This document shows, piece after piece, positions 47,773 through 57,848 of a stretch of DNA of 64,000 nt. Position numbers and translations under genes: made by a program. The notes beneath the pieces were generated by a model. The model was not told the DNA's origin. It ran no database searches and saw only the letters and a list, made by a program, of their open reading frames with translations. The stretch lies in sequence record PP777464.1, one strand, 5' to 3'. The number at the start of each line of letters is the position of its first letter. The stretch's first letter is position 1.

Positions 47773-48608
47773 TATGCGAAAAAATGACTTGGGTCATATT
47801 TCAGTCCATTAATTTCCCATTGATGATTACAGTCACTGCATTCAACTTCCATAGTATGGGAAACACCAATTTCAAGTACTTCATCCATTTTTTCACGAAT
47901 TATTTTAAGTGTTCCTTTGGACTGCTGACCTAGCCATTCAGCAATGAATTCGTTTTCAGTTACTTCATCACCTTCAGGAGTAATTACTTTAGCAATAACT
48001 CCTGCGATCATATCAAAGTTGAGTTGTGCCATACTTTCAAATACTTCACCAAACACTTTAACTTTTTCTTCCTGCTCCATTTCGGCAGTTTCAAGGAATT
48101 TAGTTTTTTGTTGTTCTGTAAACATTCTTTCTGCGAAGTTAGAATATTCCTTCCAAGTAAGTGGTCTAAACTCTAAACTTAGTCCATTATCCAATTGTAC
48201 AGTAGGAACTTCACTGAAAGTTTGTGCTGTTTCTAGTAGATATGATAAGCTACGCTCAAAACGGCCTTCTTTGTTACATTCAGGACATGTCACATTAATA
48301 TCATATGATTCTTCTTTAGAAGCTACTTTAATAGCGATAAGTAGTTGCTCTACGTCATTTACATAAAGTTCATCTGCATCAAGTACGTTAGGTACGCAGT
48401 TTTCAATAACACGAGCAATTGCATCACCATTTAGAAGCATATCTGGTGTATTGAGTGTCATTTCATCGCGTGCACTACGAGCACAAATGCCACATTTGAT
48501 ACCTTTAGAGCCAAGAACTCCTTCTTTATAAGGAATCACGCCATTTGTGACCAATTTTGTACCAAGTTCTTCAATTTTAGTATACTTAGCTAGTGGGTTC
48601 ATTGCCAT
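47772..48608 (-). CDS. gp26: Baseplate hub subunit (gp26-like)
   Basis: NPLAKY, DEMTLNTPDMLLNG, D.EQLLIAIK.AS, CPEC, and C-terminal CSDC. Start moved to ATG 48608. Confidence 0.8.
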   Translation of the reverse strand: MAMNPLAKYTKIEELGTKLVTNGVIPYKEGVLGSKGIKCGICARSARDEMTLNTPDMLLNGDAIARVIENCVPNVLDADELYVNDVEQLLIAIKVASKEESYDINVTCPECNKEGRFERSLSYLLETAQTFSEVPTVQLDNGLSLEFRPLTWKEYSNFAERMFTEQQKTKFLETAEMEQEEKVKVFGEVFESMAQLNFDMIAGVIAKVITPEGDEVTENEFIAEWLGQQSKGTLKIIREKMDEVLEIGVSHTMEVECSDCNHQWEINGLKYDPSHFFA

Positions 48609-48643
48609 TTTATTAAATCTCCATGTAATAAATGTCTCTGTAG

Positions 48644-48721
48644 TATTTATTACCAAAAAATGGGACAAATTGGACAAATGTTATAGATGGGTCTTTTTTA
48701 TTCGTTATAGATTCATAAATA
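48644..48721. promoter_or_regulatory. Divergent late promoters (AATAAATA minus 48644-48651; CATAAATA plus 48714-48721)
   Basis: nnTAAATA motif upstream of gp26 and of the tape-measure gene. Confidence 0.55.
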
Positions 48722-48753
48722 TTTCTATAATACATCTATTAAAAGGGAATGTT

Positions 48754-50952
48754 ATGGCTGTCAATACAAGTGATTACCTACTACAGCAGTTGGTTAATCA
48801 AACTAAAGATAACAATGATAGTTTGACTGCTATCCGTGAGTTATTAGCTGAAAATATAAAGAATGATAAGAAAAAATCAGGTTCAAATAGTAAAAAGAAT
48901 GGTTCCAGTTCCAGTTCTTCCAGTAATCGTGGAAATCGTGGAAGTGCACAAGCCGATGATGGGAAAGCATTTGGTAAATTGTTCAAATCACTATCTTCTG
49001 AAGTTTCCAATGTAAGCAAAACAATGATGAACTCCAGTACGAACGTAAGTACTGTAGTAAACTCATTAGGCGTTAGTGCATCATCATTTGCTGGTTCATT
49101 AGCAATGATGCCAGGTCCAATTGGTGCAGCGGCAGCAGCATTTAAACTCGTTACTGGTGCTGGTCTTGCTGTATATAACGCACTTAATGCACAATTGGAA
49201 GTATATACCAGAATTAACAGTGCTGGTGTTGCATTGGCTGAAGGTTATGGTTCAGTACTGAAAGGTGCAGGTGCATCTATGTTGAGTATGGATGCATTCA
49301 GTGAAGCACTACAAACACATAGCTCAGTAGTAGCTCAATTGGATGGTGCATATGGTGATGGTGTTGCTACCTTTGGTAAATTGTTAGGAACTGTTCAACA
49401 AGCTCAAAATGAACTTGGCCTTTATGGTATTTCTCAAAAAACATTAACTGATTTAACTGCAAGAAACATTAAGTTCCAAAAACAATATGGTGGTCGTGAA
49501 GCTCTTCGTAGTATGGACCAAGCTAAAAGTACTGAACAATTTATCATGAGCATGACTAAATTCAGTAAAAGCATGGGTGAATCCGTTGATGCATTACTAA
49601 ACAAAACACAAAACCTAGATAAATCACTCGATACTCGTTCTATGCAAATTGCATTGCAGAACTACTCTGGACTATCCAGTAAAGCTGCTGTAGCAACATC
49701 TAAGGCGTTCAACGAAGCTGCGGGTGCAATGGGTGATGCAGGTGCAGATTTCCTCCGTTTGATATCACACAGATTGTCTATTGGTGGCGTACCGGATGAC
49801 CTACTCACTCCAGTACTGAACCAGTTCGCTGATTTAGGTGAAAATCTTGTACGTAGTGGTGTAACTGATTCACAAGAAATTCGTCGCCAACAATTAGAAT
49901 TCGTTAAAAAGAATAAAGAATTAATTAAGCAAGATTTGCTTAACCAGATTCAATTAGGAAACACAACTGCTGCAACCTTCTACCAACAACTATTGGATAT
50001 GGAAGCAACCGTAAATGAACCTAAAAATAATCCCGCTGATAAATTAACTCAATTTACTAACCGCTTCAATATGTGGATTAGTAAAGAATTCACTGAACCA
50101 TTTAATACAATGTATGCTAATACACAAAATTCAATTGTGGATTATCTTTCTGACATTGCAGACAGAACTGATGGTGCATGGGAGTTTATTGGGGAATTGG
50201 CTCTTGATGGATTTGGGTTAGTACCTATTGCTAAAGATGCAATTGCTTACCTTGATCGTATTGGTGCTGAATTTACAGCTTGGTTGGATGGATTGGGTGC
50301 AGATATATTCGGTTCAGGTTACTCTAAAGTGTCAGAAGCATTTGATACCTTTATGAATAACTTAATGGATTTACCTGGTAACCTATGGAATTCTGTTAAA
50401 AGTTGGTTCGGTGGTGGTTCTGATAATGATATAAAACTCAATAACAGTACTGAAACCCCAGCAGAAAGCGTAAACAACATCATTGACAACGGTGTAAATA
50501 GTGTTAGTGATTATTTTGCAGGGATGTGGGATAAGTTCAACAAATGGAACACCTCACGTAACTACAAAGAACCAAAACCACTACCATCTGATTATGCTGA
50601 CAGTTTATTCAACCGTCCAGGAGTAGAACGTATTCGTCCTGTTATTGAAAAAACCAATAACGTTGCTCCAGAGATAACTGTATCTCGTAAAGATTTTGAT
50701 AAAACTGCATGGGCACCAGGTGAACCACCAGTACCGCCAAAACCTGACGATACAGAGGCAATTAAGAAGATGATAAATAATGGTAGTGCAGTGACATCGA
50801 GAACTGGACCACCAGCACCGATTTCTGATGAAATGAAAGAAATACTCAAAAAGCTTGCCGATGTTAATGAACAATCACTATCTGCTGTACAACAGACAAA
50901 TAATTATCTAAGAACTATCTCTGAAAACACCCAAGGTGAGAGAAACAGTTAA
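48754..50952 (+). CDS. Tape-measure / hub protein (gp29-like)
   Basis: Ala/Gly/Ser-rich helical ~730-aa protein immediately before the portal gene. Start moved to ATG 48754 (SD AAGGG). Confidence 0.6.
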   Translation: MAVNTSDYLLQQLVNQTKDNNDSLTAIRELLAENIKNDKKKSGSNSKKNGSSSSSSSNRGNRGSAQADDGKAFGKLFKSLSSEVSNVSKTMMNSSTNVSTVVNSLGVSASSFAGSLAMMPGPIGAAAAAFKLVTGAGLAVYNALNAQLEVYTRINSAGVALAEGYGSVLKGAGASMLSMDAFSEALQTHSSVVAQLDGAYGDGVATFGKLLGTVQQAQNELGLYGISQKTLTDLTARNIKFQKQYGGREALRSMDQAKSTEQFIMSMTKFSKSMGESVDALLNKTQNLDKSLDTRSMQIALQNYSGLSSKAAVATSKAFNEAAGAMGDAGADFLRLISHRLSIGGVPDDLLTPVLNQFADLGENLVRSGVTDSQEIRRQQLEFVKKNKELIKQDLLNQIQLGNTTAATFYQQLLDMEATVNEPKNNPADKLTQFTNRFNMWISKEFTEPFNTMYANTQNSIVDYLSDIADRTDGAWEFIGELALDGFGLVPIAKDAIAYLDRIGAEFTAWLDGLGADIFGSGYSKVSEAFDTFMNNLMDLPGNLWNSVKSWFGGGSDNDIKLNNSTETPAESVNNIIDNGVNSVSDYFAGMWDKFNKWNTSRNYKEPKPLPSDYADSLFNRPGVERIRPVIEKTNNVAPEITVSRKDFDKTAWAPGEPPVPPKPDDTEAIKKMINNGSAVTSRTGPPAPISDEMKEILKKLADVNEQSLSAVQQTNNYLRTISENTQGERNS

Positions 50953-50964
50953 GGACGAACAATA

Positions 50965-52701
50965 ATGAGTTGGAAACGACATATGACAATGGGGAGATCG
51001 AAGTTATCGGTCGTCCCTAATCAGTCCAGTAATAGCAACAAATCAACAGGAACGAAAACAAATTTCGCTTCCTATCTTCCAGTAGTATACAATGGTTTAG
51101 CTAACCGTACTGAACGTTATAGTCAGTATGAACAGATGGACCAAGATCCTGAAATTAGAACAGCACTTAATATCATTGCTGACTTCTGTACACAAAGTAC
51201 TGAAGATTTTGGTCTTCCATATAAAATCAAATATAAAGATGATATTGGTGATACAGAAGTAACTACTATTGAAGACCGTTTGGATGCATGGACTGAACAA
51301 AATGATTTTAAAACCAGAATGTATGAAATTGTACGTGGCCTATTAAAATACGGTGACCAATTCTTCATTCGTGACCCAGAAACATTTGACTGGTACTGGG
51401 TAAGCCCAAAAAACGTTGAACAAGTATTCGTCAACGAAGCAACCGGAAAAACCCCTGTAATTTATTATATCCGTGATGTATCTTTGAATCTTAAAGATAA
51501 AGTGTTTAGTAACTTGCAAGTTGGTTTTGACAAAACTGCATATCCTGGTGCAATCCCTACCACATTAGGTGGCGGTGGTTCAGTAGCAGCAGGTGGTGCA
51601 TCTGGCTTTACTAACCAAGGAAACTCTGCTGACCCATTCAGTACTAACGGTCGTCTTGATGTTATTCCAGTTGGTGCAGAACATGTAATTCATCTAACCC
51701 TAAATACAGGACAAGATGGAGTTTGGCCTTTTGGTACTAGTATACTTGAAGATGTTTTCAAAGNNNNNNNNNNNNNNNNNNNNNNNNNNNNNNNNNNNNN
51801 NNNNNNNNNNNNNNNNNNNNNNNNNNNNNNNNNNNNNNNNNNNNNNNNNNNNNNNNNNNNNNNNNNNNNNNNNNNNNNNNNNNNNNNNNNNNNNNNNNNN
51901 NNNNNNNNNNNNNNNNNNCGTATTCCTTCAAATAAAGGTGGCAGTACTTCTCTAATGGATGCAGCATATAATCCATTAAGTATTCTAGAAGATTACTTCT
52001 TCCCACAAACTTCTGAAGGTCGTGGTTCAGATGTACAAACACTTCCAGGTGGTGATAACTTAGGTCAGATTGATGACTTGCGTTACTTCAACAATAAATT
52101 GATTCGTGGATTGCAAATTCCAGCTTCATATCTACCGCAAGGTCCAGATGATGGTGGTGTATCACTATTCGGTGATGGTGCAACACAAGCAATGGCAAGT
52201 GAATTACGTTTTAATAACCAATGTATGCGTTATCAACGTTTAGTTGCAAAACTATTTGATGCAGAATTTAAACGTTTTATGGTTAAAAATGGATATAACA
52301 TTAGTACTTCATCTTTTGAAGTAATTATGAATCCACCTATTAACTTGGCTTCTTATCGTAAAGCGGAACTAGATGCTAAACTAATTAACACCTATCTCCC
52401 ACTTAACGATCTGCCATATATGGCAAAACAAACTATTCTTGAAAAAATGGGCTTCTCTAAAGCTGATATTGTTAAGAATGAGCAAATGTGGCTCCAAGAA
52501 AATCCACAAGATGGTTCCGCTCCGTCAAGTGGTGAAGAAGATGCTGCTGGGTTGCAATCTGTTGGTATAGATGCTCCTAACGATCCTGGTATGGATTTGG
52601 GTATTGATGGTGACGGTAACTTAGAAAGTGCCGATGCTGAATACCAAGAACAACAAGGAAGTGCAGGTTTTAACCCGAATAATTTAGGCGATTCTTTTTA
52701 A
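50965..52701 (+). CDS. gp20: Portal vertex protein (T4 gp20-like); contains an assembly gap
   Basis: RYSQYEQMDQDPEI, LEDYFFPQTSEGRGSDVQTLPGGDNLGQIDDLRYFNNKL.RGL.IP. Confidence 0.93.
   Translation: MSWKRHMTMGRSKLSVVPNQSSNSNKSTGTKTNFASYLPVVYNGLANRTERYSQYEQMDQDPEIRTALNIIADFCTQSTEDFGLPYKIKYKDDIGDTEVTTIEDRLDAWTEQNDFKTRMYEIVRGLLKYGDQFFIRDPETFDWYWVSPKNVEQVFVNEATGKTPVIYYIRDVSLNLKDKVFSNLQVGFDKTAYPGAIPTTLGGGGSVAAGGASGFTNQGNSADPFSTNGRLDVIPVGAEHVIHLTLNTGQDGVWPFGTSILEDVFKXXXXXXXXXXXXXXXXXXXXXXXXXXXXXXXXXXXXXXXXXXXXXXXXXXXXRIPSNKGGSTSLMDAAYNPLSILEDYFFPQTSEGRGSDVQTLPGGDNLGQIDDLRYFNNKLIRGLQIPASYLPQGPDDGGVSLFGDGATQAMASELRFNNQCMRYQRLVAKLFDAEFKRFMVKNGYNISTSSFEVIMNPPINLASYRKAELDAKLINTYLPLNDLPYMAKQTILEKMGFSKADIVKNEQMWLQENPQDGSAPSSGEEDAAGLQSVGIDAPNDPGMDLGIDGDGNLESADAEYQEQQGSAGFNPNNLGDSF
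51764..51918. other. Assembly gap (155 N) inside the portal gene
   Basis: Run of n characters; the reading frame is preserved across it. Confidence 0.98.
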
Positions 52702-52774
52702 TCATAAATAACAATGTATAAGAATGAGGGTACATTAGTTGCCCTCATTATAATGCATATTCAAAGGAGATGAA

Positions 52775-53005
52775 ATGTTAAAGGACATCTTTGAATCTAG
52801 CAGTGATTCTTTATACGACCCTGAAGATGATCAGAACGTATATAAAATTACTGATTCCAGAAAACCAAAACTAACATTACAAGTACTTAATAATTTAAGA
52901 AAGTACCGTGAATTTAAAGCTAATGAAGAACAACGACGCAAAAATGTTGTCGCTGTTGTTTATGCAGCAGCACCACCATCCGGTGATGGTTCAGGATTAA
53001 TGTAA
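52775..53005 (+). CDS. Small head-module protein (gp67/68-like position)
   Basis: 76 aa with SD AAGGAG and motif SRKPKLTL..LN.LRK.R. Late promoter CATAAATA at 52703. Confidence 0.65.
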   Translation: MLKDIFESSSDSLYDPEDDQNVYKITDSRKPKLTLQVLNNLRKYREFKANEEQRRKNVVAVVYAAAPPSGDGSGLM

Positions 53006-53105
53006 ACAAAAATCGCACTTTTTAAAGCTTTTAAAAATGGCGAAATTTTTCAGTACTAAATAATATCATACTTTATATGAATGTAATATATCTATGGAGG
53101 ATATA

Positions 53106-53939
53106 ATGGCGAATTTAAAACTACTACAAGAAGCAATTGAAGCGTTTGCAAACGGCGAACAAGATGTTGCTGATAAAAAAATGCGTAAGTACTTTGTTGA
53201 GCAAGCTCAAGAAATCAATAAAGAACTAGAAGAAAGCATGGACGAAGAAGAATGTGAAGTTGAAGTCAAAGACGAAGAAAAACTTGACGAAGACTTTGAT
53301 GTTCAACCAGACGCTGGTCTAAATGCTGAAATCGAATACACCCTAGGTGAAGAAGATGAAAGTGCAGAAGAAGAAGTTGAATTCTCTGCTGATGCTGATG
53401 GCGAAGAAGTTGACGCTGAAGCAGAAGTTGGTGCAGAAGTTCCTTCCGAAGACCAATGGGAATCTATTCAAGATGCTTTCCGTGGCCTACAACAAATGTT
53501 TGACGAAATCGGTGGTGATGAAGTTGACCTAGGTTCTGACGACGAAGAAGTTGAAGTTGGTGCGGAAGAAGAATTCGGTGCTGATGGTGAAGAATCTGAA
53601 GACGAATTTGCTGATGTACAATTCGGTGATGAGAAAGTTGGTGAGTCTTTCAAACTTAAGCAAGTTGCTGCGGTTGATAAGAAAGAAAAAGCTGGCGTTA
53701 ATACCAAGTCCCCAGTTGCACCAGAAGCTAAATCTCCAGTTCAAGGTGTTGCTCCAGTGAAATTCGCTAAAGCTTCCGAAAAACAAGTAGATTATGATTT
53801 TGAAAACGAAGATGCTATGTCCCACACTGATGAAGACCTAGGTAAAAATGCTCGTGGCGAAATGAAAGATGTTGCGAAGCCAAAAAATACCGCTTCTAAA
53901 TCTCGTTCTCCACTACCAAAATCACAACCAAAAATCTAA
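53106..53939 (+). CDS. Highly acidic prohead core protein
   Basis: Glu/Asp-rich. SD GGAGG gives start 53106. Late promoter ACTAAATA at 53055-53062. Confidence 0.7.
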   Translation: MANLKLLQEAIEAFANGEQDVADKKMRKYFVEQAQEINKELEESMDEEECEVEVKDEEKLDEDFDVQPDAGLNAEIEYTLGEEDESAEEEVEFSADADGEEVDAEAEVGAEVPSEDQWESIQDAFRGLQQMFDEIGGDEVDLGSDDEEVEVGAEEEFGADGEESEDEFADVQFGDEKVGESFKLKQVAAVDKKEKAGVNTKSPVAPEAKSPVQGVAPVKFAKASEKQVDYDFENEDAMSHTDEDLGKNARGEMKDVAKPKNTASKSRSPLPKSQPKI

Positions 53940-53970
53940 CACTAAATAAAGAAAAGGAAAGGAGATCATT

Positions 53971-54591
53971 ATGAGTATGATTCGTGAATGGTCTTCATTC
54001 AATGATTCTAAAGTTGTTTTGGAACATCGTGATAATGGACTTGGTGGGCGTGATTGCTATCTTCGTGGTATTGCTATTCAAGCCGATCAAAGAAATTTAA
54101 ATGAGAGAATTTACCCTTTAGCCGAAATTACTAAAGCTGTTAATAATATGGCTCAACGTTTGGCTAAAGGTGAAAGTATTCTAGTTGAATGTGACCACCC
54201 TGAAACACTAACAATTAACCTTGACCGTGTAGCAGCAATGATTACTAAGGTCTGGATGGAAGGTGCTAACGGCATGGCAGAAATCAAACTACTTGATACT
54301 GCTCATGGTACTAATATTCGTAAAATGCTAGAAGCTGGTGTGAAACTTGGTGTAAGTTCTCGTGGTTCCGGTAACGTGGATTACAATGGAATAGTTTCTG
54401 ATTTTGAAATTATCACAATTGATATTGTTGCTCAACCTAGTGCTCCAGAGGCATACCCTACTGCGGTTTTTGAATCTCTGATGAGTAAGTACGGATCACC
54501 TTGTAATAGTCCTAAAAAAATCACAGAATCTAAAACAGTAAATAATGTAGATTCTGAAATTTACGATTTTTTCAAGAAATTAAAAGGTTAA
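53971..54591 (+). CDS. gp21: Prohead protease (T4 gp21-like)
   Basis: CDHP..., KLGVSSRGSG, DIVAQPSAPEAY. Confidence 0.93.
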   Translation: MSMIREWSSFNDSKVVLEHRDNGLGGRDCYLRGIAIQADQRNLNERIYPLAEITKAVNNMAQRLAKGESILVECDHPETLTINLDRVAAMITKVWMEGANGMAEIKLLDTAHGTNIRKMLEAGVKLGVSSRGSGNVDYNGIVSDFEIITIDIVAQPSAPEAYPTAVFESLMSKYGSPCNSPKKITESKTVNNVDSEIYDFFKKLKG

Positions 54592-54657
54592 CATTTTAAA
54601 AATATAAATATTTGTATGTTGAAGTACAGATATTTCAGTACTTAAAGGAGAGAACGA

Positions 54658-55773
54658 ATGTCTAAATTAGAAAAGCTTCTAAAAGAATCATCTCTTTCTG
54701 ATGAGGCAAAACAGCTAATTCAGGAAGCATGGAATGAAGAAAAAAACACACTTGCCGCAGAAATGCGTGAAGAAATGAAAGGCCGCTACAAACAAGATTT
54801 GTCCGAGCTAACCGAAGGTCTAAATACTATGGTTACTCAAGTTATCGCTGAAGAAATGGGTGCAGTATATGAAGAGAAAAAACGTCTTGTAGAAGATCGT
54901 GTAACTCTCCGTAAAACCCTAAGTAATTTCTCTGCGTTTTCTAACTCTGTTTTGGCTGAAGAAGTTAAACAAATGCGTAAAGAACGTAAGCATCTTCAAG
55001 AATGCATGGGTAAATTCGTTAATTTCTCTAACGGTATCCTAGCAGAAGAGCTAAAAGAATTCCACATCGAGAAACGTCAACTAGTTGAAACTCGCGTTAA
55101 ACTACTAGCTGAAGGCTCCCGTCAAATTGCTGAAGCACGTAACAACTTCATCAAACGTACCTCTGAAAGTGCTGCTAAATACATTGCAGAAACTACTCAG
55201 AAAAACCTATACGCTTTGAAAGAAGATCTTGTTGAAGCAAAACAAAATATGTTTGGTCGTAAAATCTTTGAAGCGTTTGCTCAAGAGTTTAATGTCAAAC
55301 AATTTAATGAGAATTCACTACTACGTTCCCTAACTGAATCAATTAAGTCTAAAGAAGACGAAATTGCACAAGTTAAACAAGAACTAAATGAAACTGTAAG
55401 TGAAGTTAAAGCTGCTAAAACCAAACTACGTATTATGGAAGATTCACAAGCTCGTAATGCGATTATGTCTGAACTAGTTAAGCCACTAACTACACAACAG
55501 AAACAAATTATGGAATCCCTTCTAGCTACTTCTCCTACAGAAAAGCTTAAAGACGATTTCAGCAAGTACCATAAGTCAGTACTTAACGGTACTAAAGTAA
55601 ATGAATCTGCTACCACTCGTCAAGCAGTTCAGTCTTCCGCTAAGAGAACTCTTGCAGAAGGTAAAGTAATCACTGGCAACCGTCAGGCTATTGTTGAAAG
55701 CGAAGAAATGACCGCTGACGATATGGCATTCCTAAAAGAACTCGATGTTCTTTCTGGTATCAATAAAAAATAA
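54658..55773 (+). CDS. gp22: Prohead core scaffold protein (gp22-like)
   Basis: Coiled-coil protein between protease and MCP, with FGRKIFEAFA.E. Late promoter TATAAATA at 54603. Confidence 0.8.
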   Translation: MSKLEKLLKESSLSDEAKQLIQEAWNEEKNTLAAEMREEMKGRYKQDLSELTEGLNTMVTQVIAEEMGAVYEEKKRLVEDRVTLRKTLSNFSAFSNSVLAEEVKQMRKERKHLQECMGKFVNFSNGILAEELKEFHIEKRQLVETRVKLLAEGSRQIAEARNNFIKRTSESAAKYIAETTQKNLYALKEDLVEAKQNMFGRKIFEAFAQEFNVKQFNENSLLRSLTESIKSKEDEIAQVKQELNETVSEVKAAKTKLRIMEDSQARNAIMSELVKPLTTQQKQIMESLLATSPTEKLKDDFSKYHKSVLNGTKVNESATTRQAVQSSAKRTLAEGKVITGNRQAIVESEEMTADDMAFLKELDVLSGINKK

Positions 55774-55800
55774 ACATTTTAAAGCATTTTAATAATCAAA

Positions 55801-55829
55801 TTTTTCAGTTCTATAAATAATATCATACT
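55801..55829 (+). promoter_or_regulatory. Extended late promoter of the major capsid gene
   Basis: TTTTTCAGTTCTATAAATAATATCATACT, a near copy of 53046-53072. Confidence 0.75.
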
Positions 55830-55863
55830 GAAAAACGAATATAACATCTTTAAGGAGATAATA

Positions 55864-57039
55864 ATGTCACAACTACTAAATGAATCCAAATGGGTAGCAG
55901 TTAAAGAGAAACTAGTTGAAGGTCTACAAGGTACTCGTAAGTCCGTAATGGAAACCGTACTTGATAACCATCGTAAACTAATGCTAAACGAATCTGCTAC
56001 TTCTGGTGCAACCACCGCTGGTAACATCGCTACTCTAAACAAAGTGATTCTACCAATTATGCGTCGTGTTATGCCAACCGTAATCGCTAACGAAATCATC
56101 GGTGTTCAGCCAATGACTGGCCCAGTTGGTCAGATCCACACCCTACGTGTTCAATATGCTGACAACGCTCCTGGTGTTATCGCTGGTGAAGAAATGCTTT
56201 CTCCATACAAAATCGCTAAGTCTTATACTGGTGACCTAAACGCAGACAACAGCAACCCACAAGCTGCTCCTACTAGCCAACTAGAAGGTACTATGGGTCG
56301 TCGCGTTAACATCCGTATTCTACGTGAAACTGTTGAAGCGAAATCTCGTCGTCTATCTGCACGTTGGACTGTTGAATCTGCACAAGATGCACAATCCCAA
56401 CATGGTATCGACGTTGAAGCTGAACTAATGGCTGCAATCGCTCAAGAAGTTACCGTTGAAATCGACCAAGAGCTACTAAGCCGTCTACGTGCACTACCTG
56501 GTGCTGCTGCTGTAACTTATGACCAATCTAAAGTTACTGGTGTTGCGACCTTCGTTGGTGACGAGCACGCTGCTCTAGCTACCCTAATCAACCGTCAAGC
56601 GAACGAAGTTGCTCGTCGTACCAAACGTGGTGCTGCGAACTGGGCTGTTGTTTCTCCAACCGCTCTAACCATTCTACAGTCTGCAACTACTTCTAGTTTT
56701 GCACGTACTACTGAAGGTACTTTCGAAGCTCCAACTAACGTTAAATTTGTTGGTACTCTAAACAGCACCATGCGTATCTTCGTTGATACCTATGCAAGTG
56801 ATGTTGAAGATATCCTAATTGGTTACAAAGGTAACGCTGAAACTGATGCTGGTGTGTTCTATTGCCCATACATCCCACTAATGGCTTCCGGTACTGTAAT
56901 GGACCCTAACACTGGGGAATTGGTCACAACTTTCCTTACCAGGTATGGTTATGTACAATTGACTGATAGTACTTCTTCTCTTGGTAACGCTGCTGACTAC
57001 TACAGCAAAATCGCTATCAAAAACGTTACTTTCATGTAA
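55864..57039 (+). CDS. gp23: Major capsid protein (T4 gp23-like)
   Basis: GVQPMTGPVGQI, AKSRRLSARWTVESAQD...HGIDVEAEL, FYCPYIPL, TRYG. Strongly biased codon usage. Confidence 0.97.
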   Translation: MSQLLNESKWVAVKEKLVEGLQGTRKSVMETVLDNHRKLMLNESATSGATTAGNIATLNKVILPIMRRVMPTVIANEIIGVQPMTGPVGQIHTLRVQYADNAPGVIAGEEMLSPYKIAKSYTGDLNADNSNPQAAPTSQLEGTMGRRVNIRILRETVEAKSRRLSARWTVESAQDAQSQHGIDVEAELMAAIAQEVTVEIDQELLSRLRALPGAAAVTYDQSKVTGVATFVGDEHAALATLINRQANEVARRTKRGAANWAVVSPTALTILQSATTSSFARTTEGTFEAPTNVKFVGTLNSTMRIFVDTYASDVEDILIGYKGNAETDAGVFYCPYIPLMASGTVMDPNTGELVTTFLTRYGYVQLTDSTSSLGNAADYYSKIAIKNVTFM

Positions 57040-57083
57040 TTGTAATAGATTTAAAAGATTTAATCAAGAAATTAAAAACAATA

Positions 57084-57110
57084 GGGACTCTTCGGAGTCC
57101 CTTTTCTTTT
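57084..57110 (+). terminator. Terminator after MCP
   Basis: GGGACTC-TTCG-GAGTCCC-TTTTCTTTT. Confidence 0.92.
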
Positions 57111-57149
57111 GACTAAAATTCTAAATACATAAAACTATGGAGGATACCA

Positions 57150-57500
57150 ATGTTAACTGTATACATTTTTAAGAAAGAAGAGTACTTAAAGAGTCAGTAC
57201 TCAAAAATTGAGATTAACGTTCCATACGGGACTTTAGTTGGTTATGATGAAGCTAGTGAAACTTTGTATTATAATGATGATAGACTGGACTATAGTATTG
57301 ATTCATTTATTGAAGACATACTTGATAGTAACACTGAAGATATGTTATATGAAGAATACTTAGATAAGTACAAAGAACGTATGTCAAAGTTACATGCTGA
57401 TGCTCCAGTACTGAACATTTCAAAAACTCCTTCTGAATTCGAGCCACAAAACCCATTCCAACGCCTAATTGATGCTGGGGTAAATTTCCGAATTACTTGA
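57150..57500 (+). CDS. Hypothetical protein
   Basis: 116 aa, SD GGAGG, late promoter TCTAAATA at 57120. Confidence 0.7.
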   Translation: MLTVYIFKKEEYLKSQYSKIEINVPYGTLVGYDEASETLYYNDDRLDYSIDSFIEDILDSNTEDMLYEEYLDKYKERMSKLHADAPVLNISKTPSEFEPQNPFQRLIDAGVNFRIT

Positions 57501-57539
57501 TTAATAAATATCTTCATATTACTGATGGAGATATTTTCT

Positions 57540-57848
57540 ATGTCACAGATATGTTATGTTATAGTAAATGATGCGTGGCCTGATTATGTTAAGATAGGAT
57601 TTACCAGTAAATCTGAAATGACAGAACGTTTAAGGACATATCAAACTGCTACACCTTTTAGAGATTTTGTGGTATACCATGAAGTACACTTTGAAGATGC
57701 ACGTTTAGCAGAGAAAGAAATTCACAAAAGACTAAAACAAATGAACGCAGTAAGGCAACCTAACACCGAGTGGTTCAAGATGCCTAAGAAGATAGCAGCG
57801 AACATCGTCGATTCTGTTCTTGACGATATGGAAAACGACTTGCTATAG
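57540..57848 (+). CDS. GIY-YIG-like (T5orf172/MUG113-type) protein
   Basis: CYVI...YVKIGFT...RL..YQT..P...E.EIH..L...EWF. Start 57540 with SD GGAG. Confidence 0.75.
   Translation: MSQICYVIVNDAWPDYVKIGFTSKSEMTERLRTYQTATPFRDFVVYHEVHFEDARLAEKEIHKRLKQMNAVRQPNTEWFKMPKKIAANIVDSVLDDMENDLL

Noticed and set aside
48662-48690. GGACAAAT direct repeat as another early promoter
   Set aside because: Spacing to a -10 does not fit the 16-bp class, and the downstream gene already has a late promoter.
51764-51918. N gap in the portal gene as a possible hidden intron, intein or inversion
   Set aside because: The frame is preserved, and ~52 codons is about what the conserved portal segment between LEDVFK and RIP needs. 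It is probably a plain coverage gap, though its true length cannot be verified.
52723-52749. Hairpin AATGAGGGTA/TGCCCTCATT as a terminator or riboswitch
   Set aside because: No U-tract. It is probably just a 5' leader stem after the late promoter at 52703, and no function can be supported.
17515-57517. Numerous 60-140-aa ORFs antisense to or nested in core genes
   Set aside because: They overlap well-supported genes, lack an SD and show no motifs, as expected for chance ORFs.
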